A stretch of 64,000 bases of DNA from Lophium mytilinum. Lineage: Eukaryota. How positions within the stretch are numbered: position 1 is the first letter of the stretch; the number at the start of each line of letters is the position of its first letter. The stretch lies in NCBI GenBank assembly GCA_010093605.1, contig MU004184.1:754801-818800 (forward strand), written 5' to 3'. Of this stretch, positions 61,038 through 64,000 are shown in pieces. Under the pieces are notes generated by a model. It made no database searches and was not told the origin of the DNA. It was given only the letters and a program-made list of their open reading frames with translations. Made by a program: the position numbers and the translations under genes.

Positions 61038-62846
61038 TTACGTACCCGGTAATTTAATACACGTCCCATACTCCTTCAGCATAGACCCCACAACCACCAT
61101 GCCAGCTACAGCCGGTGAACCGGCAAGAAGTAGCCAAACCGCCCTCCCCAGTACACTCGACGTCTTCCACTTGCCCTTGACCTTCACACCAACAGTGTCT
61201 TTCTTACCAAACTCCGCTACCAGATAGCCGATGAAGCTTCCCCAGGCCAGCCAGAGCATGGTGATAGCGCGCTGCACGATTGTGCTTTCGCCGGCGCGAA
61301 AACGCGAAAGGATACCGATTGGCATGAGGGGCGTCAGCGAGATGAGAAATGACAGATTACGGCTACGCTCAAGATAGCGAGTGCTGCGGGGAAGAATGCG
61401 TTGCGGCCATCGCGGCTTGTCAAGGGCATACAGGTTGTTGGATAGCAACTGGGCGTCCAACCGCGTTGGATCGGTCCGGTTGTATGCGATGGGTGGCATG
61501 CTCGGGATGAACAGCGACTCCCTCTTCAGTGGGAATGATGGCGGCTCGGTGTTGACTTTGACTAAAATTTCTGGGTGTTTGCGGTTGTAATGTTCGGATG
61601 ACGTTGAGGAGTTGTACCTCGCATACAGTCCATCGGCTGCTAACTCAAACTTGACGGAGCTTCCAACAAATGACATTCCAGCGGCCGTCGAGTATTTTGA
61701 GAGGTGGATGGCGGTGTCTGCTTGGTATACTTCGCCCACCGTTCCGTCGTAGTAGCCGTCTAGTCCTTTTCTCCTGCGCTCCTCAATCATAGTGGGGGAA
61801 CCGACGAGGTAGACGGCGTCATAGTCTGGCCGGCTCAGTGCACCCAAAAGGTTGATTATGCTCATGACAGCATATGGTGCAACTGTAAGTCCAAACGAAG
61901 CATATCCGTATCGGTCGAGTTGATTCCCACGAGTCTGGTAGAGTGTCCTCGTCGCCAGAATCGCCTGTCCCAGCGCAACCAGAACCTTGATAGAGTCATA
62001 GGCCGAGGCAATGCGGTCGGTCGCGTCGTCGTGCGGCAGTTCCCTGACAGGCGTGCACGACGGCAGCATGATGATAGAATAGCCCGGCTCGAGGTCTGCT
62101 GGCGCACACCGGATGGTTCGCGAGCCAACAGTGTCTGGGCATTCCTGTCTGCTGTATGTCCACGGGACAGGATACGTGTACAGGTTGACCTCCGGTGTCG
62201 AGTCAGAGACTGCGATGGAGCTCATCTCGATGTGAGATGCGCCGGCCAGCAAACCTTGATCGTCATCCATCGGCGAGCCAACTTGATGCTCCGTCACATA
62301 CACGCCGTTCTCTTTCTGCTTGCCCAACGCAACGGGCGAGGCGGAGGGCTCGTGGGAGGGCTCGTGGGCCTCTACCCGCAACACATTGTCGACTATCTCA
62401 TCGCCATCCCGCGGCACCCAGTCGCTAGACCGCACAATCATGCACAGCGCACCCGCGCGCCGGGCTTTCCTCAGATCCTTCTCTTCCTCGGACGACTGGT
62501 CTCCGAACTTCTTCTTGACGGTCTCATAGCCCACGAAGATGGCTCGCAGGCCGCGATATGCCCCAAAGGCGGGGAACAGCAGCGATGTGAGGGCATTGGT
62601 CAAATGCGATCCGGGGCCCTCGCCCGGCAAGACGACGACGGTGAGCGCGTGCGTGACATAGTTGACCAGGAAGAAGACAAGAATGTCTTCCCACTGCGTA
62701 GGCGTGCAGAGGATCTCGGTGTTGCTGTAGGTGGTCGAGCCCTCCGGGACGATAATGGTGATGTTCTGCACGACCTTCGAGTCTGGAGTGGGGGCCGCTG
62801 ACACGCCTAGAACTAGCGCTGCCAGCAACGCAAGGGCGGCGATCAT
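61038..62846 (-). CDS. Uncharacterised multi-pass membrane protein with signal peptide
   Basis: Intronless, about 602 aa from ATG 62846; signal peptide MIAALALLAALVLGVSAAP; several hydrophobic segments (ILVFFLVNYVTHALTV, GYASFGLTVAPYAVMSIINL, C-terminal TMs). Confidence 0.8.
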   Translation of the reverse strand: MIAALALLAALVLGVSAAPTPDSKVVQNITIIVPEGSTTYSNTEILCTPTQWEDILVFFLVNYVTHALTVVVLPGEGPGSHLTNALTSLLFPAFGAYRGLRAIFVGYETVKKKFGDQSSEEEKDLRKARRAGALCMIVRSSDWVPRDGDEIVDNVLRVEAHEPSHEPSASPVALGKQKENGVYVTEHQVGSPMDDDQGLLAGASHIEMSSIAVSDSTPEVNLYTYPVPWTYSRQECPDTVGSRTIRCAPADLEPGYSIIMLPSCTPVRELPHDDATDRIASAYDSIKVLVALGQAILATRTLYQTRGNQLDRYGYASFGLTVAPYAVMSIINLLGALSRPDYDAVYLVGSPTMIEERRRKGLDGYYDGTVGEVYQADTAIHLSKYSTAAGMSFVGSSVKFELAADGLYARYNSSTSSEHYNRKHPEILVKVNTEPPSFPLKRESLFIPSMPPIAYNRTDPTRLDAQLLSNNLYALDKPRWPQRILPRSTRYLERSRNLSFLISLTPLMPIGILSRFRAGESTIVQRAITMLWLAWGSFIGYLVAEFGKKDTVGVKVKGKWKTSSVLGRAVWLLLAGSPAVAGMVVVGSMLKEYGTCIKLPGT

Positions 62847-63845
62847 GCTTCGAGATTTCTGCAACACTCAACTCGACATTGATGGCGCCCTGGCTTTATA
62901 AGAACTGTGCCCCTCACTTGAGCCGCAGTACTCCAGCGAGACGCGCCCTCGCTCTCATTTGGACGCTGTGGCGCTTTTGAGGCGCGCCTCGGCCGCCTTG
63001 GCCGCAATAGCTGGGCCAGGGCGCCAATCGGCCACCAGCTGCACGTCGCAGAATCAGCTCAGGAGTCAATCAGGAACGAAGGCGTGCAGACGAATGTCGA
63101 GGGTGGTCTTAAGGCTACTGAGAGCTATGGCGGCGGAGGGGGCGAGTATTGCGGATGTAGTTGTGCCGACGGGTGGAAGAGATCCTGGGAGATTGGGGCT
63201 TCCGAATGAATGAGCTTCTAAAGAAAGTCTTGTCTTCGTCTTTGGACCTGTGAAGGGCGATTGCCTCGAAGTTGAGCGTCTCGATTTCTACTTTCATATG
63301 TCCGATTCTCATCTTGGATAGTGGATATCTTGCAAGGTCTATCTGCGGCCTTGCGATTCTTTTTCCTATACGAGACATGGGGACACTTAATGAGTATGAG
63401 AGATGGAGTTTTGAGTACATTGATCAACGAGTCCGTTAACGAGACGCACTTCTGGTCCTAGGGTACCCATATCACAGTTTATGAAACGAGACGTTTTAAA
63501 AATATTGTCTATTTTTTTGGGGGGTTTTCCTATCTGTTTGGTCTATCAATAATTTGAAACGCTACATCGTTCATACCTGACTGAGTTACAGTTGTCAACA
63601 GGAAGTCGAGACTAATCATGTCCATAACAGCTGTTGAAATAACGTCGGCGCTTGAACATAACGAGACATCGGGGCGTTACATGATGTGGTGAAGTATGAT
63701 TTTGCGAAAAGGAACCATTCCAGAAATCTGTGCTGGGATGCAAAGAAGACAATTGAGACACAAAGTATGCTTGAGGTTCAGAATGTGCGACGTCATGCCC
63801 TTTGCACACCCGGAATTTGGAATGGCAAGAGCTCGAGTGTCGATC

Positions 63846-64000
63846 TCAGAAAGCTGTTCCGTCACTAGCTTTGACGAAGGTGTCCATGTCCCATTCGATT
63901 TCATGCTCAGTAATGAGTGGCATAACGTCAAGTGGATTCTTGAGGTGCCCAACACCATGAGATGAATCTGTTGGAATGTTATTGTATGAAGAAGGGAAGA
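63846..64000 (-). other. Possible 3' end of a gene continuing beyond the window
   Basis: Open frame from the window edge: ...NPLDVMPLITEHEIEWDMDTFVKASDGTAF*. No recognisable domain. Confidence 0.25.

Noticed and set aside
61920..62801. 293-aa antisense ORF, and the many other antisense ORFs in the track
   Set aside because: They lie opposite well-supported GC-rich genes and have no motifs, as expected from codon bias.
1..64000. tRNA, rRNA or CRISPR arrays
   Set aside because: None recognised by eye; the DNA is eukaryotic and has no repeat-spacer structure.

Overview
This is intron-containing genomic DNA from a filamentous ascomycete; the RIP pattern suggests, but does not prove, a Dothideomycete. 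Core genes (RPL24, UBC13, MTC5/WDR59, MRS6, AHP1/PMP20, roadblock/LC7, ODC/SPE1, ATG5, a CobW GTPase) are interrupted by accessory blocks. (1) A head-to-head pair of paralogous AIG1/GIMAP-like P-loop GTPase genes at 10.4-14.9 kb: one has a repeated C-terminal domain, the other a C-terminal CaaX box, and both carry stop or frameshift lesions. (2) A Zn2Cys6 TF + SDR + LigB dioxygenase mini-cluster with a repeated palindromic CCGCGCGG promoter site. (3) An 11.1-kb RIP-degenerated nest: a Mutator-like DNA transposon (9-bp TSD, long TIRs) carrying a full-length Gypsy LTR element (5-bp TSD). (4) A HET-domain gene. (5) A 46.8-60.8 kb metabolic block: tandem ABM genes, two PTS1-bearing 4CL-like ligases, a DHCR24-like oxidoreductase, a thioesterase, a LaeA-like methyltransferase and a P450 pseudogene. 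The ODC leader has no AUG and contains a non-AUG uORF ending Pro-Pro-stop. The best candidate for an undescribed system is the divergent GTPase pair. All gene models were spliced by eye and no database searches were run.
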